A stretch of 64,000 nt of DNA from Eledone cirrhosa (GCA_964016885.1 OZ024740.1:108128001-108192000), one strand, 5' to 3'. Counted from the stretch's first letter, positions 39,452 to 53,369 are shown. Program-made: numbers and translations. The notes: generated by a model from the letters alone, not told the origin.

Positions 39452-40380
39452 TCTTCTTCTTTGCCCACTTATTCCTGGGAGGGTTATGGGGGCAAGGTCC
39501 TCAAACACTCCTTCCAGCAGGTCTTGTCAGAAGCAACTGTCTCCAATTGATCCAGCTGGTTCCTGAAGTGAGACCAGCCAAGTTCATGGATGTTATCCAA
39601 CTATCTTGCTCAGCAATTCTTTCCTGAGACATTCTAAATACATGTCCATAATATCAAAGCAGTGATCTCTTAATTTGGAGAAGTAGCAGCTCTACCTGGA
39701 GTGACTCTCTGATCTCTAGGCTACACACTTTAAGACCCTTTGGAGAACCCCATTTTGGCTGCTTGTATTCACTTATATATGTTTTGTAAAAGAGTAATCA
39801 GGCTTAATCTGATATGATGTTCTATTACAAGTGTTGGATGAATTGGTAGAGCATCAGACAAAATGCTTTGCTGTATTTATTCTAGCTCTTTATGTTCTGA
39901 GTTCACATCCTGCAGTGGTTAACTTTGTATTTCATCATTCCAATTTGGTATTCATGCCAACTTTTATCTATGGTCATGTATCTTGGGTAATGACAGAAAG
40001 AATATGATTGCGAATACAAGTGACCGAAATAGGGCTCCTCCGAAGGATGTTTGGAGTAACATTACTCAATAGAGTGTAGTTCGGAAATGAGAGAACTGCT
40101 ATTTCTCTGAATTGAGAGATCACAGCTCCAATACTACGGACATGTGGTCAGAACGTCTCAAGAAAGAACCGCTGGACAGATTTTATGGGCAAAACCATCC
40201 GGCAGGAGACCCAGGGCAAGATGGTTGGATAACATCCATGAGCTCGGCTGGTCTCACTTGGAGATCCAGCCAGATCAATTGGGGGACAGTTGCTTCTGAC
40301 AGGACCTGCTGGAAGGCCTGTTTGATGACTCTGCCCCCATGACCCACCCAGGAATAAGTGGGCAAAGAAGTAGTAGTAGT
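39452..40380. mobile_element. Inverted pair of RTE-like 3' fragments (39452-~39760 minus; ~39960-40380 plus)
   Basis: 39452-39608 is the reverse complement of ~40216-40370 with scattered mismatches; RT C-terminal remnants. Confidence 0.75.
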
Positions 40381-41704
40381 CAAGCACTGGGGTTGATTTA
40401 TCAATTACCTCCTCCCAAATTGCTGGCCTTTTGCCAATATTAGAAACCATTATTATATTTAAATAAAGAAAATGTTGTTATTATTTAAATGTATGTAATA
40501 TGGATAGAATAAAGTAGAGTTAATTAAACAGTTGATTAGATAACGAATTGGATTAACAACTAATTAGTTGGGAGTTTATTTCTGTTGAATGAGTTTTCTA
40601 TGCATCTGAGAGAAATATATTCAAATCTATATGCTTCTATTCACCAAACTGCAGGGTTAATCAGATATCAGATTTCTAGGAAATGATATCTTCAACAAAG
40701 CACCATACTATCCAGAAAATATTTTCTGCCTAATCTTCTTAATATAATCAGATCTTTCTTTCTTTCTTTCTTTTTATGTCTATGAAGAGTGTTGTGATTA
40801 AAAGATTGTAGGAGCTGCAATGTCAACAGTACTTTCTTGGTCTCTTCATATAGGAGAGGGAGAGAGAGATTTAACTGGTATTTCATTTATTGACTCTGAA
40901 AGGATGAAAGGCAAAATTGGCCTCAGCAGGAATAATTAGGAGTTAATGGAGATGTTTGTCACAGAGTAGGAACAACAACAACAACAACAACAAAAAGGAG
41001 ATAAAATATTAACAGCTTGTGTTTAACTGTTTTAATATCAAGCCACCTAAAACCACTTCAGATTCTATAATACAAAGCTACCTGTTTCAAAGTGTTCATA
41101 CTCTTCTAAAAAGTTTTCATGTAAGAAATCTTTGTTAAATAATGTTTGAAACGTTACTAATGAAAAGGTTTGTAATTTTACTCAATTCTTCCCAATTTTT
41201 TAAATTATTTTCAAAATAAATTGAAACACATTGATACCCTTTCATTACAATATTTTTAATGAAAGACATTGCCTGTGTGTTTCAATTAATTTTGAAAATA
41301 ACCAAGTATAAGGAGGAATTTAATAAAATAAAAACAACTAACATTTTTTAATCAGTAAGCTGATACTTAGAACATTACTAAAGAAACATTTCTAAAATAA
41401 AATTATGGGGAAAGGTTTGAATATGAGGATAAACATTTTAAAATAAGTAGTTTTGTATCATAAATCTAAATTAGCAGAAATATTAGGGTGTTACACAAAA
41501 ATGTTAAAATGATACTGTAGATGAGAGAGAAGCTATGCCCTGAAAAAGAGTATGTTAAAAGAGAAGAGATGTGATAATTTTAAAAAAAAGAATTAAATGA
41601 CAGGAACACCTAGCCCTTTTGTTACTATATTTCCCCAAAAATACACAATCAATTAATTAAACATTTGAGGAATTTACTAAATTTATTTATAACTTCATTA
41701 TAAG

Positions 41705-42078
41705 AGGCACATGGCTTAGTGGTTAGAGCATTGGCCTTGCAATTAAAAGGTTGTGAGTTCAATTCTCAGACTGGGTGATGTGTTGTTTCGTTGAGCAACA
41801 TACTTTATTTCCCATTGCTCCAGTTTACTCAGCTGTAGAAATGAGATGATAGGACTGCAAAGTGGTCGTGGAGGTGCCATGGCAAAAAACATGCAGCCCA
41901 CACTGTAAAGTGGACGTGTAGGCGCCACGGAAAAAAAAAGCACCCAGCACTTACTGTAATTGAGGTTGGTGTTAGGAAGGGCGGAAGGGCATCCAGCTGT
42001 AGAAATCAAGCCAGAATCAGTTCCCGTCCCACCCTTGCAAGCAGGGAAAAGCGGACGTAAAATGATGATGATGATGAT
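41705..42078 (+). mobile_element. Full-length tRNA-derived SINE with RTE-derived tail
   Basis: A box TGGCTTAGTGG, B box GAGTTCAATTC, central core, 3' half matching the RTE 3'UTR at 59300-59570, (GAT)n tail. Confidence 0.9.
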
Positions 42079-42940
42079 TATTATAGTATTTGTAACATAC
42101 TGAAAGGTTTTTATATCAAATTATGCTGAAACATTTTAATTAAGAACCCTTTAAAATGGGTGATTTTGTTTCACAGGAACAGAGCTAGTTGGGTGATTTG
42201 CTTATGTATGTTTGTTTATATTAAAATATACTAGATAGGTTTTTATAACCTCAGCCAGATGGTTGTAACCCCTTTGAAACCAACCAACCTGTCCAATACT
42301 GTCTTTGGTTCTATGATACAAAACTACTCATTTTATAGGGTTGATAAAATATAGTACTAGTCAAAAAATATGATAATGAAAAGGTTTTGTTCTAAACCTA
42401 AAAAAGTTGATTATTTTCCAAATTTATTGAAAATCACAGTGTCTTTCATTAAACATATAATAAGGGAAGAGTTAAATCACACCCTACTGTGTTAAAAAAG
42501 AAAGAACACATTACTTAGCCCTTTTTATTTTAACCCAACCAATAATTGCTCTTGCTCTAAGAAACAAATCCATATATATTAAAGGGTTCCTATTTAAATA
42601 AAAATAACATTTTAAACATAATTATATGTTAAGTTACTATCTTAGTAATGAAATAATTAATTTTAGTAAATCCTTCATTAATTGAAATATAGTCTATTTC
42701 ATTAGAAATACGTTCATGAAAAGGTTAATGATGCAACTCACATGATTATATTGTGAAATTATTTTAATTAGGCAACGGAATGAAATAAGCTAGGCTATAC
42801 AATATAATTATTTCAGAAGTTTTTGAATCTAGCCCGATTTGTTCACAAAATATATTCTAATAGGGTTTCCTTTCTTTTTCTTCTTATAAAAACAATAACA
42901 ATAAACAGGCACAGAAAATATTCAACTATCTTTTGATTAG

Positions 42941-43217
42941 ATCATCATCATCACCGTTTTACATCCGTTCTTCCACGTTAGCATGGGTTAGATGGGTTGT
43001 CCTGTTGTGGGCAGTCGGCTGACCTTGTCTTGCTCATACGAGAACTGATTCTGGCTTGATTTCTACAGCCCTTCCTAACACCAACCTCATTTAGTGTGAG
43101 TGCTTTTTTTTTTTCCGTGGCGTCTACACGTCCACTTTAGAGTGTAGGCTGGGTGCTGAATTGAACTCACAACCTTTCGATTGCAAGCCCAATGCTCTAA
43201 CCACTAAGCCATGCACC
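42941..43217 (-). mobile_element. Same SINE family, core deleted, inverted orientation
   Basis: Near-identical tRNA head joined directly to the RTE-like tail. Confidence 0.85.
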
Positions 43218-43249
43218 TTCACTAAAGCATCTACTTCAAAAGCGAAGCG

Positions 43250-43325
43250 TGTTGAGGTTAACAGGAGTCGAACACGCGACCACCAGTTTCCTAGTCTAGT
43301 ACGCTAGTCAATGACCCACAAGTGA
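43250..43325 (-). mobile_element. tRNA-like SINE head or tRNA pseudogene
   Basis: Minus strand contains B box GTTCGACTCC with a degenerate D arm; no clean cloverleaf. Confidence 0.4.
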
Positions 43326-43363
43326 CTACAAGATCATCCATAAAAATTTAGCAGAGGCAGAAG

Positions 43364-43619
43364 CAGTGGTGTGCAGAGCTCTGGTGATGCCCGGGGCAAA
43401 TCTTGATTGTATGCCCCAAAGACTCAAGTATAAGGCCTAATATACTGAGAAATATGAGAAAGGAAAATATTTTGAATATATAAACACAGATGAAACATGA
43501 AATAAACGCTTTATTCGATTTTAATATAAATCAATCAAATTTATTAAGTTCTTTACCCCCATTCTAAAGAATGCCCTGGACCAACGCACCGTGCCCCCCC
43601 CCCCCCCTGCACACTACTG
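43364..43619. mobile_element. hAT-type MITE
   Basis: TIRs CAGTGGTGTGCAG / CTGCACACTACTG; 8-bp TSD GGCAGAAG / AGCAGAAG. Confidence 0.85.
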
Positions 43620-44409
43620 AGCAGAAGAGATCTTTACTATGGTAAGTCATTTCAGTAAAACAACACTCTGACTTTTAATAAATATTCTTAAATTCAATTA
43701 GTTCATTTTGATACCAAACGACTCAAAACTGATTCGGGTTTTATGATTTATCTAAAAACCTTCCATCATGAATTTATCTAAGAACTTTGATTAAGTTATG
43801 ACCCAAATACCAACAGAATAAAGAGAAAGTTATATTACTAAATCCCTCAAAATTTTTTGATTATTTTCAAAATGCATTTGAAAATTATAAGCAGAAATAT
43901 GGTAATAAAATGGTTAAAATGTTTTTATAGTGATTATTGAAACTGCAATTCTTAGGGACCAGAAATAACCTTTCTTTGGTAAAACAGTATCTGTGGTGAT
44001 GAGATCCTGAAGTAAAAGAGATTATCAATATTGATTATTTAGTGGAAATAAAATTCCTTAAATATCCAATCTAATTTCAATCATGTTTTAATTTCACAGA
44101 TCGCTGCTGTTCCATTATTCATGTAGAAACTGGAGCTTTCTTCTTAGAGTCTACATAAATAAACATATTATAGCAATAATGTGGCAACTTTGCTTCTGTT
44201 CAGTCAATAGATTGCTTATTAATGTTTCCTGCCTGTCTTTATGGCATGGAATTCTGATGCAATGAATAAATTTGTCACACCAATCACTCACTGCATGAAT
44301 GATTTAAATGCCCGTCAAAACTTGAAATCAAATATCCACCTCCACCCTAAATCCACCTGTCGACTACTCAAATGTAGAATGGCATACACATTTTACTGTT
44401 GAATCCCTT

Positions 44410-45215
44410 TAACCCTTTCACTGCTATATTTCTAATGGAAGATATTGGCTATGATTTTCATGAAAATAATCAAAAATTTGGAGGGATTTTGTAATATAAC
44501 TAACTTTCTCATCATTAATCTAGTGTTAGGAATATAAAGGTTCTTAAATAAAATTATGGTAGAAGATTTTTAGATAAATATAAACATTTAAGCCATTCGT
44601 TACCACTTTGAAAATAATCAAGAATTTAGCAATATATTCTCATTATTAATCTTGAGTTTGGAACTTAACAAAGGTTCTTTCATAGAATTAAGATGGAAAG
44701 TTTTTAGATAAAAAATATAAATGTTTTAACCATACCATAATTTCCAAATCATTTTGAAAATAATTAAGAATTTGGAGTGATTTGGTAATATAACTTTCTC
44801 ATTGTTAAAGTGGTGTTTGGAATATAACAAAATTATGCTGGAAGGATTTTCGATAAATATAAACACATTTTAATCCATTCATTACTATACTTCTAATGTA
44901 AGACAGTGCCAATTGTTTCCAAATTCTTTTGAAAATAATCAATAATTTGCAGGGATTTTGTAATACAACTATCTCATTATTAATCTGATGTTTGTAACAT
45001 AAATATAAACAGTTATTCCTTTTGTAACCATGATTTCCAAATCATCTTGAAAGTAATAAGGACTTTAGGGGGATTTTGTAATACATTTAACTTTCTCATT
45101 ATTAATTTGGTTTTGGAACATAAAGGTTCTTACATAAATATAAACATTTAATATTTTGTAGACATATTTCTTATGAAAGACACTTCAAATTTCCAAATCA
45201 CTGAAAGAAATTGGA
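44410..45215. repeat. Tandem array of partial piggyBac-like MITE units
   Basis: About 5-6 head-to-tail 130-180 bp units (GAAAATAATCAAGAATTT...TTCTCATTATTAA...TTTGGAACATAA). Confidence 0.8.
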
Positions 45216-47085
45216 GGGATATAAGTTTGATTCACAACCACCTAGCTTCAGGTTCAGTCCCAACTATAGCCTTGAGTTAACTAATGCCTTGTGAAATTTG
45301 CTAGATTGAAAATGTGCAAAAGCCAATCGTATATACAGACACATGCATACATACATATGTATCATCAATATCACTGTTTTTTTTTTATAGATGTAAGTAA
45401 GACGTATGATGATGATATATATATGTGTGTGTGTTCACATTTACTGTTTATGTCCTGTAAATTATGAACTTCACAAAAGATCAATAAAATAAATACCAGA
45501 CTTGAAAAGTGCAAGTACTGGGGCTGATATGACTAAATCATTTGAAAGCAGCAGCTGAAACAAGTAAAAGAAAAATCTAATAAAATATTTTGGCTAGCCA
45601 TTTAGCCCATTCTCTGCAATTCATTGTCTTCCTCTGATCATCTCCGGAACCATCTTTCCTGTATGAGGTCAATAGTTTTAGATATTAACGACTCATCTCA
45701 AACTTTAACAGTTAAGCATTTCTATTTGTTAAGTGAGCCAGCAGTGATCGTTAGTCTCATAGCTGTTCCACCAAACAACTGTGCATTAGTCAAGGTTCTT
45801 TCAGAGACATTCCACTCATCCTCCAAACCATTTTCATTTGTTTTTTCCAGCCTTCTCTGATGCTTCATGTTCATCTCCCATAAATCATGGCACACATACA
45901 TATACATGAAACAATAGGAGTAGCAATGACAGGGGAAAAAAAAAGGTAGAGATTCAATGTATATATATTTTTAAATTGTTTCGTCTTTTTATTTCTTCTT
46001 GTATTTTACAAAGTTCCCAACCTGTGAGCAGAGTGTTTTGCATCTTTTATATAAAGTTTTGTTCAAAAACTTGGGAATTTAACTATTGAAATTGTGTTTT
46101 TTTTATTAAAAAAAAAAAGATCACAGAATTTGAAGAAAAATAAATACAAAAAAAAAAATGAAAAAAAAAAAAAATAACTAGAATACAGCAGAAGTCAGAG
46201 TTTTGTTTTCATTTCCCAGGTAAAGATAGGGATAGAGGGGATGGTTGTTGGCAGGAAAACAGGAGATAAAATGTCAATAAGAAAAGAAAATACAAGGGAT
46301 AGTGCAATGAAGGAGGGTAAATGGAATATATATATACTCAATTATTGCAACCTTAAGGAGTATTTTTTTTACTCCTTTCTCTACAGTCTTTGCATGTCAT
46401 CAGTAAACATTCAAGTGGACAGTTTTAGCTGCAAATAAAACACATACATCAATGACATGTACAATTTAGCTATGGTGGGGTGGGGATTGACCAGGTTCTT
46501 TAAGTAGACACTATTTTAGAAAATGTTTTGTCACAAACATTTACACCAATTAATTATTAATTAATTACCTGGTTGATGATAATCATGGTAACAAGTCCAA
46601 CATGGACAAATGAATCTAAACAGCCATATTTTTACTGTTTTATTTTTTAAATAAATTATGTATATCTCTCTATATATATAGAATGTATATATCTCTCTCT
46701 ATGTATATATATATATGTATATATTTAACATTTTCAACAGAGAGAACTAGATCAACAACTGATTAAAAAGAGATTTTAAGATTACTAATTTAGCAAATTA
46801 AATTAAATGGCAAAGCAATTAAAAATAAATGTATGCATCTGTATACATAAATATACACACATAAACATTTACACAGGCACACAAACAAACAAAAAAGACC
46901 CCCAAATACACATATTTTACCACTATACTTAATCAAAGCTATATTTTCATAATGAAATACCAACAAAGAAGCCAGGCTGGTAAAGGAAATAGAAGTGACA
47001 TCAGCTCAGGGCACCAAGATAGTATCAATATAGTAAGAAAGGACCCACAGACAAAATACACATGGATAAGGAACCTAAAGCTTTA

Positions 47086-47121
<36 letters not shown>

Positions 47122-47148
47122 TTCATTTTATTAAGGCTAAATAGTGAG

Positions 47149-47198
47149 TCTTGCTACTCTGGAGTTTCGCCTGCTTATCACAGGGTCATTAGACAAGA
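47149..47198 (-). ncRNA. Type I hammerhead ribozyme motif, probably inactive
   Basis: TCTTGT-CTAATGA-c-CCTG-tgataag-CAGG-c-GAAA-CTC-ca-GAG-TA-GCAAGA. Stems I, II and III all pair with a GUA triplet; the core has G5A and a C-C mismatch at the base of stem II. Confidence 0.75.
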
Positions 47199-47674
47199 AT
47201 AAAATGAATATTTAAACTTTACTTCGATACTGAGTACTTTTTTCTCTTGGCTATGATGATGATGATGATGATATATATATATATAATCTGTTAAAATAAA
47301 TACAGATAAAAGCCATGGTCACTCTTAAAATACTCAATATCAAAAGAGTAGAATTAACTACCAATAAGCTTACAAAAACTTTGTTTCAGTAGAAAAGTTT
47401 TCAAGGACTTTTATAGAAACTTTTGAAAATTCATCTCTGGTGAAAAAAAGTTACTTTGATGAGTGTATGGATAAACGCAACTGTTGGAAAGTTTGATCGT
47501 TTTTGTTAATAAATTTTCCCATTTCCTTAAAACATAAAGAACTAATAAGAAAAGAAAAATCCTTAATAAACTACATCAAACTTAAAAAGTTATGTTTTCA
47601 ATATAACATAATTTACAGAAAAACTGAAAACGGTTTCCTCTCTCTGTATTATATATATATATATATTATATTAT

Positions 47675-47862
47675 TTATCTATGTTCATACATGGAACAAA
47701 AGTGCTACCCAAGGTTTCAAAGTCCAAATTTGTCCGTACCTCCAGAAAACAAGAGGCATCAAAATAGAGACCTTTCTTCAGTCTCTAATATGAGTTTATA
47801 AGATATCGTTAAAGACTTGAAACCTTGGGTAGCATTTATGTTCTGTGCATGAACATAAATAA
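47675..47862. repeat. Foldback Penelope pLTR remnant with a hammerhead core on the minus strand (47706-47781)
   Basis: Inverted arms around GAAACCTTGGGTAGCA; minus strand CTGAAGA-AAGGTC...GACTTT-GAAA-CC-TTG-GG-TA; stem I partner is missing. Confidence 0.65.
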
Positions 47863-50800
47863 TATATTTCTGCTCTCTTCCCGATTGAGCACTGCTTTCC
47901 TTTTTCCTTTACACATCTACGGATATTGCTACATATACATATATATATTTATTCAGTCTAAGACTGTCTGAGTAATCAACAACATGATAGGTCACTGGAT
48001 CAACCTTAAACTATATGTACACACACACACACACATAATGTTTATATGTATAAATGTGCATGTATATGTGTGTATGTGTATATATATATATATATATAAA
48101 GATAAAGATTACAAATACACTTTCAAAACCATGCTATATTTTGGTGAGCAGTTCTATTGTAAGAAAGATATACCACCAGAAGAATCATTTCTTCAAGAGG
48201 GCTCATAATTTTGGCAGGACAGTTTATATGAGGTAAGGAAGGTAAGGAGGGAATGCGTGGCAGTTATATTTCTAAATTAAACATAAATTATATCAACGAT
48301 TGTCAATAATACCATAATGTACAGTAACATATTCTTCAGCCAAAAAGGAGCCAATCTACAAATAAGTACAAAAATATCTAATAATTAATATTTTTCCATC
48401 TCACAATATGTTGAAATAAACTAAAGAGATTCTGATTTTATTTTTGAGAAAAAAAGGTGGGGGAAGAGGAAGTGAAATTATAATTTTAGGTGATCAAGTT
48501 GTGTCCAGTAGTTACCTCTTAACATCCTGTAATGATTTAGCAGAATATATCTAAAAACAGTTTTGTCAATTCAAATGTTTATAGTACCTTCACTAATGGA
48601 CAGATTGTTGTGAAAATTTCAGTATTAATTTGATGCAACCATTGCACTGTTGTGTACTTTTTAAAAATGTCTTGGTAATATGATTGCATGTGGTACAGGC
48701 TGTTGAGAGTTAAAGAAGTTTAAAGCTAATTTATAATTGTTGAATTGATCACATTTTTCATTTGTTAATGAACCATCACATCAACCAAATTTAAATATTT
48801 CTCTAAGGTAAAAAAATGTATGTATCATCATCTTCATCGTTTAACGTCCATCTTCCACGCTAGCATGGCCAAGAATAGGTAAATCATATAACATATCATA
48901 AGAGTCAATTAAAAGGATTGGTCCCAGGATGGGCACCCAACTATAAAATATTGCCTAAAAAAGGACTCCATGATAAGTATGAAGCCTATCATAAGCCCAA
49001 AAGGTTAACTCTTGGTTTATCAGGTAAAACATCCATAAAACGCTTTTTTTCTTCTAAGACCGAACACTTACTTGTATATTGTAGGGCTTTTAGATTTAAT
49101 AAAGCATTTAGTTGGAGATCCTGCTATCTAACATTGTATGTAAATATCTCGGTATTTTTAGTTCATAACTTTCTGGCCTGTCTAATTAACCACAAAGAAA
49201 ACTTATTGGCACATATGTATATACACACACACACACAAACACTGACTAGATGAGAAATGGAGGAACCCCAGGCAAGCCAATTGACAAGCGCTTATGATTT
49301 TGACGCAGTCTACTCCCCTATAGTTTTATCTTTTATTGTTCCACTACATGGATATGTATATAGTAATAAACCATATATAAATCATATGTATTTAGTACTG
49401 ATTACTAAAATACTTTGTGTAGTTCACATCTGGCCTGGGCCTATTACCAGCTTTAAGCTGCCCACACTACATCCGGTCTGGGCCTGCATATATTCATTTT
49501 CCTATCACAGATACATTAACTAGTGAAGAGATGGTGCTTTGAAATAGAATTATGGAGATTATATAAACTGAAAAATATGAAATTGTTGTTAACATCAGCA
49601 CTGTCATTATATATTCTGGAATGTACACTGTGTAGATACAAGGTCCATGGATAATAACAAAAATAAACACTGTGGATTTTGAAATAATCAAAAACCCGAA
49701 GGACTATTTTAGAGTTGTAGAATGGTGAATTAACCCTTTCAACTACAACCTATTAAAGTGTTCAAGTATAAATTCAAATATTTAACTGAAATATCCTTAT
49801 TACTTGACAGATACTATTATATTTCAGTAGTTAAATATTTGTCTATTAAGTTGAAAGTTAGTTATTTTAACTAAACCCCTCATAATTCTTGATTGTTTTG
49901 ATAACTGTAACAGAAGACACAAGGCTAGAATATATTCTTGTTAGAAATATGGTCATAAAATGATTAATTAATCCAATTTGGAAACATCTAGACGACTCTA
50001 CTAGCAAAGAGTTACAGAAAATTAAAACATATTCAAGTACAATTTTAACAGTTAAATAAAATAAATAATTTAAAAATTAACCCAAATTATTGGACTGAGA
50101 AAATAAATAAAATGGCCGACTGGAAAAAGTATTGTGAACAAAACAAAAAATCTTATTGCTAGAAAGATTTTGGAAATAACTATATAGGCAACTGAGTGGA
50201 TATCACTGAAATAGCTGGGCTTCAATTTGGGTTTCTTAAATACCAAGGAAAGAAAGGAAAGGAGCCTATTGTCATATCAGACAAACGACCAAATGGTAGC
50301 AAAATGAGAAGAGAAAAAGAAAGAAAGAATTATAATTGAATTTAAAACATTATGAAGATAATGACTGCAGTAACTATTTGAAAATATTCAATAAGAGAAT
50401 TTTCACTGAGTTAAGATACTAAATAATAAACCAACAACAATAAGTTGACAACAGATAAACCTCCAAACTTCTTAGTTAAACATAAAAAAGGAGACACCTT
50501 TATTATTTTACAGATCTACGAGGCTGCAAACTTTTAGGAAGACCATCTGAATTGATCAAATACCACCGACATTTGTTTTGCTTGAGATAAAATATAGGGT
50601 TTCATGAACATATTAAAAACTAAGAGTTAAGTAGGGAAAAGAGAAAGAAATTCAAGAATCACCAAAGCTAGTAGAAAAAAGACCATATTATTATTATTAT
50701 CGTTATGAGTCTTATTTCATTGCATGTTGTCACTGCTTTACCGATAACAACTATGGTATGTTTTTGGTATGAACAATGTTATGTTTTTGGTGGTGATGTT

Positions 50801-50881
50801 TCTATTGTATTGAAAGTATGTATTTGCAAATCTTAGGATTGTGGTTATGTATTTATGTATTATTATTATTTGTGACACTAA

Positions 50882-51118
50882 CCCTTTTGATAGCAACCTA
50901 ACTAAAGCCAGTTCTGGTTCTATGAAACAAAACTACCCATTTTACAGGGTTTCTATTTAAATTAAGACTTTCCAACATAATTTGATATAAGAACCTTTTG
51001 TTAAATTGTTACAATGCCATCTTAATAATGAAATAATTAATTTTAGTAAATCCATCTAGATTTTTCACTAATTCATCCAAATATAATGTATCTCATCAAA
51101 AATATGGTAACGAAAGGG
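50882..51118. mobile_element. piggyBac-like MITE copy
   Basis: TAA-CCCTTTTGATA ... GTAACGAAAGGG-TTAA. Confidence 0.75.
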
Positions 51119-51435
51119 TTAATGGGAAATGGTGGTGAAAGAAATCTTGGAAAACAACAACAACAAAAAAATTACATTTTTCTTACAGATCAACACACAC
51201 ATAGAAATATCTTAAAGACCGATTACTTTTCTTAAACTAGAAATACTTTATACTTCTTGGTTTCTTAAGAGTAAATATTCTAACCCTTATAGATGAAAAG
51301 CCGAAAAGAAGAAAAAAAAAAAAATTAGAAACATTTTTTTTAAATGAAAGAAATACTTTGTGTTTATTGAAAAAATTTAAGTTAAGGCTGCTATAACTCC
51401 ATTATTTGTGTCTTGTTGGTTGCTGGGGATAGCCA

Positions 51436-51473
<38 letters not shown>

Positions 51474-51937
51474 TTAACAGGGGCCCCTTGTCAGTCTCCT
51501 ACCATATCATTTGTTGCAGCTTTTTTACATTTCAATGCGGAATGTGATGAGAAACCATCCCTTCCCTGTTTTTTTTTCAGTAGGCAGACCGAAGAAGAAA
51601 TAATACAATACAACAATCTGCTTACATAGATCCATAATAACCTCTAACATAGGTCAGGGGTTTGTCTTTTTCTTTGGTTAATCCACAAGAGATGTACTGC
51701 TAACTAAGGAAAAAAAAAAATCTTCAGGAACAATAAAAAAAAATTAACAGCAAAGAAAAGGGAGAAAAAAAAATCCCTGCTCTGACAGTTTTCTCTTGTG
51801 GACCCCCAAAACAATGGGGGAGATTGGTCTCCTTTTAGCAAGAGTCACTTGTATAGAATCGGCTGAAGCAAACACAATGTTGGTTCAACATCACTTCACA
51901 GAAGGATAGCTTCAGAAGAAGCTATCTGTATTTACAT

Positions 51938-52101
<164 letters not shown>

Positions 52102-52146
52102 AAGTTTTTCTACCAGTGACATGTAGTGGTACAGTTTGTCATTAGT

Positions 52147-52337
52147 CTACATTATGCGGCTTTTTTTTCGAGATGGTGAATCCATACCATCTGAAGGTGG
52201 ACTTCGTTTGCGGGAATCAGAATGCCTAGATATTTCGTCAAGAATGAATCTGTTCAAATCTTCCATATTTCTGTTTAAGGTACCGCCAGTATGAGGTAGA
52301 TATCCTACACTAATATTTGACATAGCACCATTTAAAC
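52147..52337 (-). CDS. Terminal coding exon of an unidentified, probably nuclear protein
   Basis: Acceptor TTTTTGTTCTTTTTCAG|G, phase 1; reads (G)LNGAMSNISVGYLPHTGGTLNRNMEDLNRFILDEISRHSDSRKRSPPSDGMDSPSRKKSRIM-stop, with a bipartite NLS-like end; GC content above flanks. Confidence 0.65.
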
Positions 52338-52919
52338 CTGAAAAAGAACAAAAACATTGCACTATTAATGATTAGATCAAGAAGCTCAGAAATCATGTTA
52401 ATGTTTAGAAAATCCCCCAGACAAATCGAAGTGAAATAAAATCTTTTTTGTTAAATAATGTTTTAAAATAATTAGATAAGAAATATTTTTGTAACTTAAT
52501 ATAATAGCCCCCGAAAAACAAAATTTGTGTCAATTGATAATTTGAAAATAATTAGTGAGAAGTGTTAATACAAAAATAAATAGACAAACAACTTTGTATA
52601 ATAGACATCATATCTCCTTGTGGACTTGTTATAAGCTAAAAGAGACAACAGATATTTTTTATGTTCTATTATGGCAAAATAGGTAGTGTTTATAGAATAT
52701 ACGTTGTTACATGCTGACTGGTAGATGAGATTTTCTAAAACATAATGCAGGAAAGAAAAAGTCAGAAAATCCTGGAGTCAACTAGTTTACTGTACAGCAG
52801 AAATACATTAGATTATATGTAGATCTATGTCATCAATGAATCAAAAGCATATAGAAATTCCATGTGGGAGGCCAAAATATTCCATGTGGGAGTAGAGCTG
52901 TTTTGAAACTAGATACTTT

Positions 52920-53058
52920 TCACGCAACCTTGAGATTTTTAATACAGTGGTCCGTGTGCTGTGCTTGCTACAGAGCTTATCCTGCATGTCTTCAAATGTG
53001 GTGGATATCTCAGCTGTGGATACTGAGATTTGCTGCAATATAAGTGGCATCAAAAGGT
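52920..53058 (-). CDS. Possible upstream exon of the same gene
   Basis: Acceptor-like TACAG| then an open frame LLMPLILQQISVSTAEISTTFEDMQDKLCSKH; no convincing donor found. Confidence 0.25.
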
Positions 53059-53165
53059 CTGTATCGAGTTGTATTTATTAAAAAAAAGAGGCATTTTTTT
53101 TATTTTACTAGTTTCAGTCATTAGGCAGTGTCCATTCTGGAACACCAGTGTGTGTGTATATATAT

Positions 53166-53369
53166 ATATCACATAAGGAACGGAGAATCAGTAGTGCGAC
53201 GAATAAGATTTATTAGACATATTACAATTGTTTCTCTGGTGACCAGCTCGAGGCGCAATTGATGCAATGATCAAACCTGACTCAGAGTCAGGTCGCCAGT
53301 GAAACGATTGAAATATGTCTAATAAATCTTATTCGTCGCACCACTGATTCTCCGGTTCTTTTGTGATAT
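53166..53369. repeat. ~200-bp foldback of Penelope pLTR with two inverted hammerhead 3' halves
   Basis: ~77-bp arms; GAAAC-AATT-GTA on the minus strand and GAAAC-GATT-GAA on the plus strand; nested hairpin ACCTGACTC-A-GAGTCAGGT in the loop. Confidence 0.8.

Noticed and set aside
41705-41775. tRNA gene
   Set aside because: A and B boxes belong to a SINE head that continues into the core and LINE tail; no acceptor stem or terminator.
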